Positions 23,254 to 34,061 of a stretch of DNA of 64,000 nucleotides are shown here, piece after piece; the stretch's first letter is position 1; the number at the start of each line of letters is the position of its first letter. Both the position numbers and the translations under genes were made by a program. The stretch is from Bilabrum cf. latius (lineage: Eukaryota). The notes beneath the pieces are model-generated. The model saw only the letters and a program-made list of their open reading frames with translations. It made no database searches and was not told the DNA's origin. The stretch is taken from the NCBI GenBank assembly GCA_965178125.1, contig OZ237764.1, positions 372,001-436,000 on the forward strand. Direction: 5' to 3'.

Positions 23254-26200
23254 TCATTCCGTCTTCTAGTGATCTCCACTCTCTTCGTCTTCCTCTTCCT
23301 CACCTTCCTCGTCCCCATCCTCGTCCTCCTCCTCATCGTCGCTGTCCAAGTCGTCGTCCTCATCGATCGCCTGGTCGTCACGGTCCGCCTGCCCGATGCC
23401 CAAGCCAGCCATGAGATCCAGCCCAGGGTCCAACCTTCCCTCCTGCATGTCTCTACGGAACTTGCGGTCTGCGGCGCTCAGCCCGGCCACGCCCAAGCTG
23501 CCGCGGGGCAACACCGGCACCACGAGCCTGACCCTGAAGTCCAGCCCCCTGTACGCCTTGCTCTTGAACACCAGCCACAGGGACAAAGGGTGCGGCTGCA
23601 GCTCACCCTCCAGCACGTCTGCTCCGAACCTCGCCCGCACCGACTCATCGTACACCTCGGGAAGCATGATCTGCAGACTCTCCCTCTGGTACCGATGCAC
23701 CTGGTCCACCTCAAGAGCGGTTGTGCGGCCCCTGTTCGTGGTGAGGACCATGGCGTTGTCGCTGTCGTCCAGCACCTGCAGCACCCACCCCGCCCCGGCC
23801 TTGCCAGGGAACAAAGGAGCGTGCGCCTTCTGCACGGGCTCCTTGGTGGCACGCAGGGCCCAGCCCTTCTCGGCCTCGCGCTCCATGAGTGCCTGCCTTC
23901 GCTTGACGTTTCGCACGAAAATGTCCTCCTCCTCCTCGTCCTCCTTCTCATTCGACTCGCCTGCCCCCGGGTTGACCTTGCCCCCTTCCCCTTCCTCGGC
24001 TCCCGCCGCCCCTGCCGCGCCGCCCGCCCCCGCCCCCACGCCCTTGGCGTCCTGCTCCTCCAGTGCCTCCTGCTTCCTGGTCGCAAATCCAGCTTCGGCC
24101 TCCAGCCATGCCCGCTTCGCTTCGGCGTTCCAGTCCTCCACCCGATCCTCCTTCTCCTGCACCCACGCGGCCACCTCCTCCTTGCTCATGGCGTTGAGGT
24201 GCACCATCCTCACGTCGATGTGCAGCAGCTCCTGCTCGGTGAAGGTTCCTTCCTGGTTCGCTCCGCCCCTGGCGTGCGCCAGCACGTCCAGCAGCGGCAG
24301 GGCCTGCGCCACCTTGGTTGTATCCGTGTAAGCCGCCTCAAGGTCCATGGATTTGCCCGCCTCGGTGTCTTTTGCCACCGACTGGTCCACCATGGCACAG
24401 ATGCCCGCCAGCTGCGTGTCGTCCACCGACCCCACGGGCCTGATGTCCTTCAGAAGCAAAGGTCGCAGGACGTTCGAGACCTTGCGCTGGGACTTCGCGT
24501 CCGGGAGGTCCAGGGAACACAGCTTGCTGAGCTCGCGCTCCTGCACCACGGCGGGCTCGCCCTCCAGCACGCCCACCGCGGCCCTGCCCTTGAGCCCCGC
24601 AGCTGTCAGCGGCACTGCCAGCCGGGAGGGGCGCGCCTTGTCCACTGCCCTCTGCTGCTCCTCCGTCAGCGCCTGCCCCTCTCCAGGGAACACGCCGGCC
24701 AGGTACCGCGCCAGCAGCTCCTCCTCGCCTATCTGCAGGGCCTGCGACAGGGGCTCAAGGGAGTACTTCGGGCTTGAGCCTTTCTTTGTGAGCGCGGTCG
24801 CGTCTTCCCACAGCACGGGGATCTGCACGATGGGATGCTGCCTGGGCAGGATCGCCTGGCAGATGCACTGCGCCAGCTCGGATGCGCACAGCGCGGCATC
24901 CACGTGCTGGGGGCGGGTGGTTCTGAATTCCATGGGGGACGGCGTGGGCTTCTCGTGGCAAGTGCCCCTGCCGATCACGACGCTATCGCGATGGGCGGCA
25001 GGTCCGCTCCTCTGCACCTCGTCGCTGCGAAGCAAGGGCCCCACCTTGGCGAGCTGCCTGTACCCGTCAAAGTTCAGAAGGCGGGCGAACTTCAGGGCCT
25101 GCACGCCGACCCGCGGAAGGTACGGCCTGAGGTTCATGGCGTTTGCGTCGAGCATCTTCGCCAGGGCTGCCCTCTGCTTGAGCACCTGCTCAAGTTCTTC
25201 GATCTTCTGCTTGTCCTTGGGCATCTTCTTGGGCCTCTCGACGTGCTTCTCGAAGGAGCTGTGGTTCCGTCTGGCCAGGTACTCCCAGAGAACAAGGGAG
25301 TTGATGAGCCCCAGCCCATGCTTGAGGTGGTGAAATGGCTGATTCGGGGGGAAGTTGGGGGGCAGGTATTGCCTCGGGTGGTAGTACGGGAGGTTGACGG
25401 CATCCGGTGCGCCCAGGCACTTGAACTCTGGGGACTTTGCCGCGCTCTTTGCGATCTCCATGACCACTTTCTCGACCTGTGGGTAGGAACCCTTGAACAT
25501 CTGTTCCCACTGGAGCTCTGCCACGCACGCGCAGGCGGGCACGAGGGTGTCTTGGGTGACTGGCCCGCTGGTGCGGTGCATGATCATCATCTGGGACCAG
25601 CGGTTGGTGACCCGCATCTTGATCTCTGGCATGTTGTTCTTCCGGGTAAAGTACATGAGGACAGGCACGCCCACGGCAAAGGCGGCCAGGTAGCTGATCA
25701 GGAGGATGTACTGGCCCGTGATGTTTGCCAGCCAGGGGGGGAGACCCACGCCCACCTCAAGGGCCTGGCGCCCGTCGGGGTTTCCGTACAGGCGGTAGTT
25801 CTCCTTGGCGGTTTCATCTGTGAGGGTTTCGTATGCCTTTGCGATTTTCAGGAACATTTCGTCGTCCCCGTTGCGCTTGTCTGGATGGTACACGATCGAC
25901 ATCTTGCGGTAGGCCTTTTTGATTTCGCGCTCCGTGGCGGTCGATTCGAGCCCCAGAACCTGCGATAAACATACAATGTACGTACTCAGACAGGTCGACT
26001 GGGGAAGTGTGGGTCTTCATTCGAAGCACCAAGCAAAAAGTTGCAACGTGTTGCTTTCCTCACTGTGAAAGGGTTGTACTGCTCAACTTCACCGTGGAGG
26101 ACGACCTAAAAGATGGAAACTACTAGCAAAATGGCAACAATGCCCATGACAGCGACATGGATGGAAAATGCCGTGGTCCAGAGGGGCTTCGGCCCCTTGA

Positions 26201-26483
26201 TTCCTTGCTTTTCCATGCGCTTGCGTTCCTCTGTTGTTCTAGCCTGCAGGGCAAGTATGGCCGGTAAAACGCGACTTGAAGAGTACTTGATGCGCAATGT
26301 GGCTGTCCTTTGCCGCATGATTCCTTTAAACGAGACATTTAGACTCACAGTTGCCAGCGGATCCACAGAGCGTCTTCGAAGGTACATGAATGTGTACAAC
26401 CCAGCCAATCCCAGGTACAAAGAGCATATCATAAGCATGAAGTACGACGCAGCCGAGTCGTCATACTGCAAAGTGGCCACCAT
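23254..26483 (-). CDS. SEC63: SEC63 translocon J-domain protein, paralog A (introns ~26348-26246 and 26063-25960)
   Basis: N-terminus LQYDDSAASYF, TM helices, J-domain (YNPFTVLG...IKKAYRKMSIVYHPDK...YGNPDGRQALEVGVGLPPWL), HAPLFP and acidic tail. TAGs at 26106 and 23266. The true stop is TGA at 23254. Confidence 0.88.
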
Positions 26484-26644
26484 GGCAGCACGTTGGGCTT
26501 TTTGTAAACATGCCTGGAGCAGGGATTATGTTTGTACCGTGTGGTTACAATCGATAAATCGGTATTCGTTTTTTTGAACCGATCCTTGGAAGGCAGTTCG
26601 CCTGGTGTGGTGGCACCATAGGGTGCATTACAGTAAAATTATAT

Positions 26645-28363
26645 ATGCAAAGCTCCACCCCGCTTGAGCTTCGCTAGCTATCTTCCCCTGTTGCACACTA
26701 GCTTGTCCCTGTTGCTACTGCAACTAGCGCGGCCCGTGCAACTGGACCAGGTCAGAAAGACAGAAAGGAAGAAAAACATGACAATATTATTGTTGAGGAA
26801 TAGTCCTACGGACAGTTGCTTCGCACGGCAATCGAAAAGGCGTATTTTAGCGACAGCCAGAATTCGGCACCAAGTAGCATCGATGCTGAAATACATGGTA
26901 GGATAACGGAGGACGATGCGAGTATGATAAAGAATAAGCGTAAGCGAAAACAAACTCATCGATCAAACTATTGGTGGCTGGTGCCGGGAGAAGCCGGCAA
27001 GCTGCACAGGAGGCTGCAGGTGGCCAAGACGGATGAGATGCGGCTGGCGATCCAAGCCGCAGAGCGAGCAAAGGAACTTGAGTGGGAGAAAAGGGCGGAA
27101 CGATAGGCGCTGCTGGATTTAAATGACTCAGAAGGCTCAGGGCACGTGCGGATGCTGTAGCCGGGGCAGCCTCCACTCATGCTCACCGACGGTGCCAACG
27201 CCAGTGGTGTAGGCACCAGCTCGGGCATTGAACGGACGTCGCAGGCGCTGGTCGAGTCCTCGAGCTAGCTTGTGGAGCAACGTTCTCACCCTGCCAAACA
27301 CGAAGAAGACCCAAAGAACCCTCTCTTTTTCCCGGCCCGGCACCTGGCCCGTGCAGGGCCCGAGGCAGGCGCAGCGGCGGCCGCAGCTGCTCGGGTGCAC
27401 GCCTCGAAGCGGCCCGTTGCAGACAGCGCGGGGAAACTAGTGCTCCGATCGAATGCCTCGTTTCCACAGGCGGAGAAAGGATTGCTCGAAAAAACAGAGG
27501 GGGGCGAGCACGAGCACGGCGACGGAGCACTTGCTCGGGGGTCTGCGGGGAGGCGCCGCAAAGGACAGGTAGGAGAACTCACGTCTGGCCTAGCGCGGCG
27601 GTCGGATGGTCGCAAGTACTCCTACCTGAAAACACCCACGCCCTACGGTGGCGATTCCGCAGGCGCGGGATCGATTCCCGGTGTAGATGGTGCGCTGCGG
27701 GCTCCCCCCATGACCTTCGGCCTCGTACTGGGAATGCCCCGGGCTGTTCCCCCGGTGCTGCCTTCGCACGCGGCGCTTTGGAGCCGGGAAGGTTCCGCTT
27801 CAGGTGCAGGTGCAGGTGCAGGTGCAGGTGCATTGCACGGAAGCACAGAACCATGTTTGTCATCTTTGGCATCATCATCATCCTCATCCTCATCCTCATC
27901 CTCCACTCCGAGTGGTACCATGGGCCCGCCCCCTCCTCCTGCCGTCCTTCCCCCACCCGCACCCCGAGTGGGCCCGTCTGCAGGCACAGGCACGCTTGCA
28001 TTCGCTTCGGGGGCGACACCGCTGGGAGCCTACAGGGCGAGGACTGGGACGCCGGGAGCGATGGCGGGCTGGGCGAGCACTCGAGCAAGTGCTCGGGGCG
28101 GTATTGACGCGCAGGAGGAGGTGGCAGGCAGGGCCCTTGGAATGGGAAGGGTTGAAGCGTCATCGTCGACGTTGCTGCCCCGTCAAGGTGCCAGTGGGAG
28201 GCCAAGGGGAGGCCCGTATGCGTCCGGGTCGCGCAAGCATGGGGTTGGTGGCATCCGGCGGGCACCCACTCCGCTGCAGCGAGCGGCTGCAGGTCGTAGC
28301 CCTGCCGCGCAGCTCCTCGCGGCTCGGCTAGGCGGCAAGAAGGCCGCCATGCGAAGGAAGTAA
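26645..28363 (+). CDS. ESS2: Splicing factor ESS-2/DGCR14 (Es2) homolog (~572 aa)
   Basis: Es2 blocks appear in order: IVEE*SYGQLLRTAIEKAYF, ITEDDAS, KNPLFFP, YSYLKTPTP, PPMTFG and SPAAQLL. Six in-frame TAGs lie in the 5' part. Ends in TAA. Confidence 0.75.
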
Positions 28364-28431
28364 TGCAATATTCGGAGCCGAAAGCAGGAAACACGTTGTG
28401 CGCAGCATGCTCTAGACTAGAACAGTAAATC

Positions 28432-31400
28432 ATGGCATAGCTTTCAGAATCGTCCGTATTTACACTTGTAGTATGTGCGCTGTACACCATTGCTGCGGGT
28501 TGGTGGACGTGGACTGTGGTGCGCCGCGGACAGATAGAGCCGTACAAAATCGTAAGAATACCCAACCGTTCGCTCCAGCAGTCGGCTTAATGAACTGGAC
28601 AGCAACGTAATACTAACATCCATGTTCTATCTCGTGCAGGTTCGTTCGCGCGATGAGAAACGAGCCATCGGAAAATACCGAGTGTAGTCACTGTGGACGC
28701 TAGCATTCACTTTGAACGTTGTCGTTCTCGGAGCTGTGGTCATGTGCATGTTCGTTTCTGGTGCGGATATCATCGCTGCTGAGGTCTAGATGCCGTTCGA
28801 CCCTTACGCGGTAAGACATACTGCTGCTGCTGCCTGTTCCCAAAACAGGCCGCCGCCGGTGCTGTTTCACGGCAGCCGCTCCACTGCTGATGCCCCCCCC
28901 TCGCGTCGTACGACCGTGTTTCGCAGATCCTTGGAGTCGAAAAAGACGCCACGAACCGCCAAATCAAGCGAGCTTACCGGAAATTGGCAGTGTCTCACCA
29001 CCCCGACAAGACAGCAGGCGATAAGGCCCTGCAGGACGCCTTCATCCAGATCTCGAAGGCATACGCCGCGCTCACAGATCCCGAAGCCAAGCGAAACATG
29101 ATGCTGTATGGACACCCCGACGGCCGCCAGACGTTTTTCACTGGCATTGGCCTCCCCAGCTGGATCGAGCACTAGAACAGCCAGGCAGTGATCCTCGTCC
29201 TATACGCTCTTATCCTCGCCGTGGCAATCCCAGTCATGATATACAGGTCCAGAGGATCACCGAACCAATCAGGCCGCAGAGAGCGCAGGCGCAGTCCCCA
29301 GCAGGAGCAGGCCCGCGGCATCGCAGTGTCCCAGTGGCTCGCCGATGGGGCCCGGAGAGCTGCTTCCTAGTCGTGAGGCGTAACCACATTAATGGTACGG
29401 TTTGATTGGACGTGAACGTGGACTTGAATGTGAATGGGATTGGGTTGCAGGCTAGGCGCTTATCCTGCGATGTGCGTGGTTTGTTGGATGGGTTCTATCA
29501 TGCTCGTCCTCTTAGTCTTCAAGTCAATACTTGCCATTTGCTCCCGTTCTCCTCCAGTTTAGAGCCTTTTCAACTTGGTTTTTGTTTGGTTGTTACAAGC
29601 CCCCTACTGTATGTCGCAGGCTCATGGTGGGCACAGTTGGTGGCTGCCAGATTATCGAGACGCCTTGGGAGGCGCAGGCGGGGCAACGGGGCAGCGGCAT
29701 GGCGAGGAGGAGGCTGGCTGCACTGGCGCAAGGGATCGCCGTGGCGGAGGGTGCGCTCGTCACACGGTACGGTGCCTGCGCCGAAGCGTTCCTGCGGGAC
29801 AGCAGGGTGGGCAACGGCGGCGCCATGGATGGCGTGGGCGGCGAGTCGCAGACCGAGGTGGAGGTCGCACTGTCTTCAAGGGCAAACGCACTGGTGCTGT
29901 GGCTGCACCTGGCAAGGCTTTGCGACTGCACCGCGGATTTGGGTGCCGACGGGAAACAGCCCAAGGCGGGCAGCGCAGGCGACGGGCTTCGCGTCGTGCT
30001 TGAAGCGCTTGAGGGCTTCAAGGAGGCGCCAGGCAAAGACGAATAGAAGAACAAGAAGGACGAGGACGAGGAAGACGCCCAGAACGCTCAGGCCAGGAAA
30101 GAGGCAGCCAATGCCATGATCGAGCACCTGCAGGGCATTGCAGTGGAGGGCCCGGCGTGGGCACTCCGGGGCTGCAAATTCCAGAGGATGATCGCGATGG
30201 GCGGCACGAGCAGCAGCGAGGCATCGAGCCTGAGCCCCTTCGAGGACGAGGACGATCTAGCGCAAGGCGGCGACGGCGGCGCGGCTGCTCTGGCTGGTGA
30301 CCCTTCCACCGAAAGTTCCACCGATTCAGGCAAGCAAGGCGGCAAGAAGCAGCCCAAGAAGAAATCAAGAGGCAAGCGCGGCGGCAAAGGCGGTGCAAAG
30401 ACGGCTGGGGGAGACAGTGGCGGCGCGCAGCGCCGCGGCAACAGGGGCGGCGGATCTGTGGCAGCTGGGCTCGGTGCCACGAATTTGCCCAAGGCAGGCG
30501 GCGGTAGGGGCGAAGCGATCCAGAACGTGGATGCCGCGCTGTGCGCATCCGAGCTGGCGCAGTGCATCTGCTAGGCGATCCTGCCCAGGCAGCATCCCAT
30601 CATGCAGATCCCCGGTGTATTGGTGCCGTCTACGGAGCTGCTGGTTTCTGGTGGCGCTGACTCAGAAGCAAGCACGAGCAATAGAATGAAGCCGCTGCTG
30701 AACGTCCTGTCGCAGGCCCTGCAGATAGGCGAGGAGGAGCTGCTGGCGCGGTTCCTGGCCGGCGTGTTCCCCGGAAAGGGGCAGGCGCTGACGGAGGAGC
30801 AGCAGAGGGCAGTGGACAAGGCGCGCCCCTCCCGGCTGGCAGTGCCGCTGACAGCTGCGGGGCTCAAGGGCAGGGCCGCGGTGGGCGTGCTGGAGGGCGA
30901 GCCCGCCGTGGTGCAGGAGCGCGAGCTCAGCAAGCTGTGTTCCCTGGACCTGTCCGGTGCCATCACGCAGCGGAGGGCGGCCGGAGTGCTTCGCATGCTG
31001 CTCCTGCAGGAAGCTTAGCCCGAGGGCGAAACGTGCGCCGCACTATCAGCAAAGTCCTTTGCCACTGCAAGCGCGTGGTAGGCTGCGGTTGGATGTGATG
31101 ACGACAGCGGCGCTCCGGGAGGGGCAGCAAAGCAGCGGCTAGAGGAGGCCATCTCGGTCGCTCGCTGGATGCCGCTGGCAGACACCTTCGTGCGCTGCAG
31201 TCCCGTGCACCGTGGCGAGGGAATATTTGGCGAGGGTGACCTGGTGAGAGTGTAGGTCACTCTGGCGCACCTCAATGCGATGCACCGAGGGGAAGTGGCT
31301 GCGTGGGTGCAGGAGAAGCAGGATCGGGTGGAGGCTCTTGCAGGACTGGCCAAAGTGGCATGGGCAGAGCACGAGTTGCGCGTGGAGGATGGAAACAGCG

Positions 31401-31981
31401 ATGAGGAGGAAGAAGAAGAATCGAGCGGCGGCGAATATGGCGACGAGGGCGAAGAGGGGGAGGAAGAGACCATGTCAAGACAGGAACAGCTGGCCCGCAA
31501 GGCTCTGGACCAGTGGATCAGGCAGGAAAAGCCGCCCAGGGAGCAGGCCGTGAAACCCGCGGGCCAGTTCGGATCTGGTGACATGGGGACCGCCTTTGCC
31601 CAGCCGGCCGCTTTGGCCAGGTGCTTCCAGGAGCCCATGCCACTGGCTCACTCACCTCTGTACCCTGGCCGAGCCGGTGCGGGGTGGGTGGTGCAAGTGC
31701 TAGACCAGGACGACAGGGCCATCCCCCTGATCCTCAAGGATAACTACATGGGATACAACGCTTCGATCGACTCGCCCACCGTGTTGTCCGACCTGAAGTT
31801 CGGCATGTAGATTCCTCTGGCTTTCGAGACGTTCAGATCCGGACGGTGCAGCCAGGTTGACCCGTTGCAGCCGCACCCTTTGTCCCTGTGGCTGGTGTTC
31901 AAGAGCAAGGCGTACAGGGGGCTGGACTTCAGAGTCAGGCTCGTGGTGCCGGTGTTGCCGGATGGCAGTCGGGGCCTGTGA
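28432..31981 (+). CDS. SEC63: SEC63-like J-domain protein, paralog B (introns 28552-28639, 28811-28926, 29373-29619)
   Basis: J-domain FDPYAILG...IKRAYRKLAVSHHPDK...YGHPDGRQ..GIGLPSW. The first two introns match paralog A in position. More than 10 in-frame TAGs, including codon 3. Ends in TGA. Confidence 0.8.
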
Positions 31982-32186
31982 GGGTAGTCTACTGGATCTG
32001 CCAATGGAGCGGCTGGCCTGGCCCATTAAGTCGTCTTCGGTGGGCACTGCAAGGTGTGCTAGGCCAAAGTGGGCTGGGCCTAGGCACTGCTGTGCGTTTC
32101 TGGGCCGATGGACCAGCATGCACATCCTTGGGGCATACATGATTCGAAATTTGAGATAACGAATAGTTCAGGGTGCAGCATGTGTG

Positions 32187-33518
32187 TTAGGTGGCGGGCG
32201 GCGTGCATTGATGCGGCTGCACTGCACTGCCGCTGCCGCTCGCCGACTCAAAAGTGCAGGGCAGCGGGTACTACACCGTGGCGTTGAAGCCGGTCACGTT
32301 AAAATCCTCCAGCACGATCCCTTCGCACGTATTGTCCGCCGAGCACTTGAAGCGCCCCACCTGTCTCGGGCACACGGCCCCCGCCCCCCTGCACGACGTG
32401 GAGGGCACCGGGCCCAGGTACCCAGACAGGCCACGCACGGTCACATTCCCGACCGAGACCGACCGCAATCTGGACAGACCGCTGGTATGCATCGAAAGAT
32501 TCTAGATGCCTTCGAGATAGAGAGAGTCATGACCCGCGCCATTCTCGCCTCTGCTATACCCGGGCGTCATTGCGTGGTCCGTCTGCAGATCAAGATCCAT
32601 CGCGTACACTGCCGGGTCCTACACTACGATGTCCTCGAACAGGATGTCGCGCACGGTCCCTGTCTAGGTTGGCCTGAACTTGATGCGGACTCCGGCCAGG
32701 GAGCCAATCGCGGTGCAGTTTCGAAAGGTCACGTTGCGCATGGAATTGCCGTCGCTGGTGCCTAGGACCAGCCCGCCCGCCAGCCCAGGGTAGTAGTTCG
32801 TGCCCGGGTACTGCCGGCCGTTCCGAACGGTGCAGCCCTCCACCAGCACGTCGCTTGCTTGCGATTTCATGCAGATGCTATCGTCACCGTTAGTCACCGT
32901 AGTGTTCCGGATGAGTCCGCCAATGCACCCGAAGTCTACACCGTCGGTGTTTGCAACGGCATAGTTCGACACGTTCACGGAATCGATCACAATGTTTGAA
33001 CATGGCGGATTGAACACCATCGTCATCGCAGCGCTGTTTCTCAGCGTGATCCCTCGGATGGTCACGTTGCTCACGCTCTCCGAGTGAATGAGCCTTGGCC
33101 TGGTCGACAAGCCAGGCAACTGCCACCAGCTTGGCCCGCCACCATCGATAGCGCCTTGCCCCACAATCGCGATATCCCTCTTGTGTCGCAGCTCTATAAA
33201 GTCAAACATGGTGGAGTTTGGCCATTTTGAAATGTCCTTGCTGGCGGAAAGAGTGGATCCAAGCGGTAGATGAATTGACGTCCCATTCGGAAGGTCGAGA
33301 GGATATGCAATACAGTTCAGACCACCCGGAAACAACACATCTGAATGATACGCACATGCGTATAGTGCTTTCTAAATTGCGGCGGTATCGTCCGTATGCC
33401 CATCGCACTTGGCCCCAAAACGTTCGATGCTGCAACTGCTCGTCTACGCCTTGATTACATTCACCATGATTGTGAGCGTAGTTAGCACAACGAGCGCATA
33501 TATACCATACTATGACAT
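32187..33518 (-). CDS. Secreted glycoside hydrolase family 28 (polygalacturonase-like, ~443 aa)
   Basis: Signal peptide, FGAKCDGHTDDTAAI*KA, GQGAIDGGG..WW, RPRL, NTDG, GDDSI and RIK. Seven in-frame TAGs. Ends in TAA. Intronless. Confidence 0.88.
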
Positions 33519-34061
33519 CAGAGGGGACCCCATGGTTCCGTTTATGGGTCTACAACCGCCAATAAAATCGAGTTTTGTGTTTGTTGAGTTCGGCCACGGG
33601 CGCTGCGCATTCACTTCGAGCAGGTTCCGCATGCGATTGCCGGATCGTGGGTGGTACAACTCACCATGGCGGGGAAGCGTGACTTTCTCGTTCGGGTGGC
33701 GACGATCATTGGTAACAAGCGCATAACTCTGGGAGATAGCGCGACGATACAGCATCTACGATAGCGTGTGATCGACGCGTTCGAAATATAGGAGTGTAGG
33801 GCGAGTGACGTCCATTTGTCCTCAGCACCAAGAGCTTTGACTGCCGCTTACAGCAAATCTAATGATGATTTTGGTAGCAATGATGACGCGGTGGCTACGA
33901 AATGCAAGCGTGGGCACTAGATATACGCGTAGCTGCCACCACGGGCAATTGGCTCACCGAGAACACCGCCCAAGCCCACTCGAACATCGAGATCTAGCGC
34001 ATCTACTGGCACGAAGGCCTCATTTCGTAGCTAGTAGGATGACGCAAGGGAGCGCCGCGTG

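Noticed and set aside
23110-25968. Long antisense ORFs (23110-24777, 24835-25968; likewise 16443-17438 and 60056-61186)
   Set aside because: These are shadow ORFs of GC-rich genes on the opposite strand, with no recognisable motifs.
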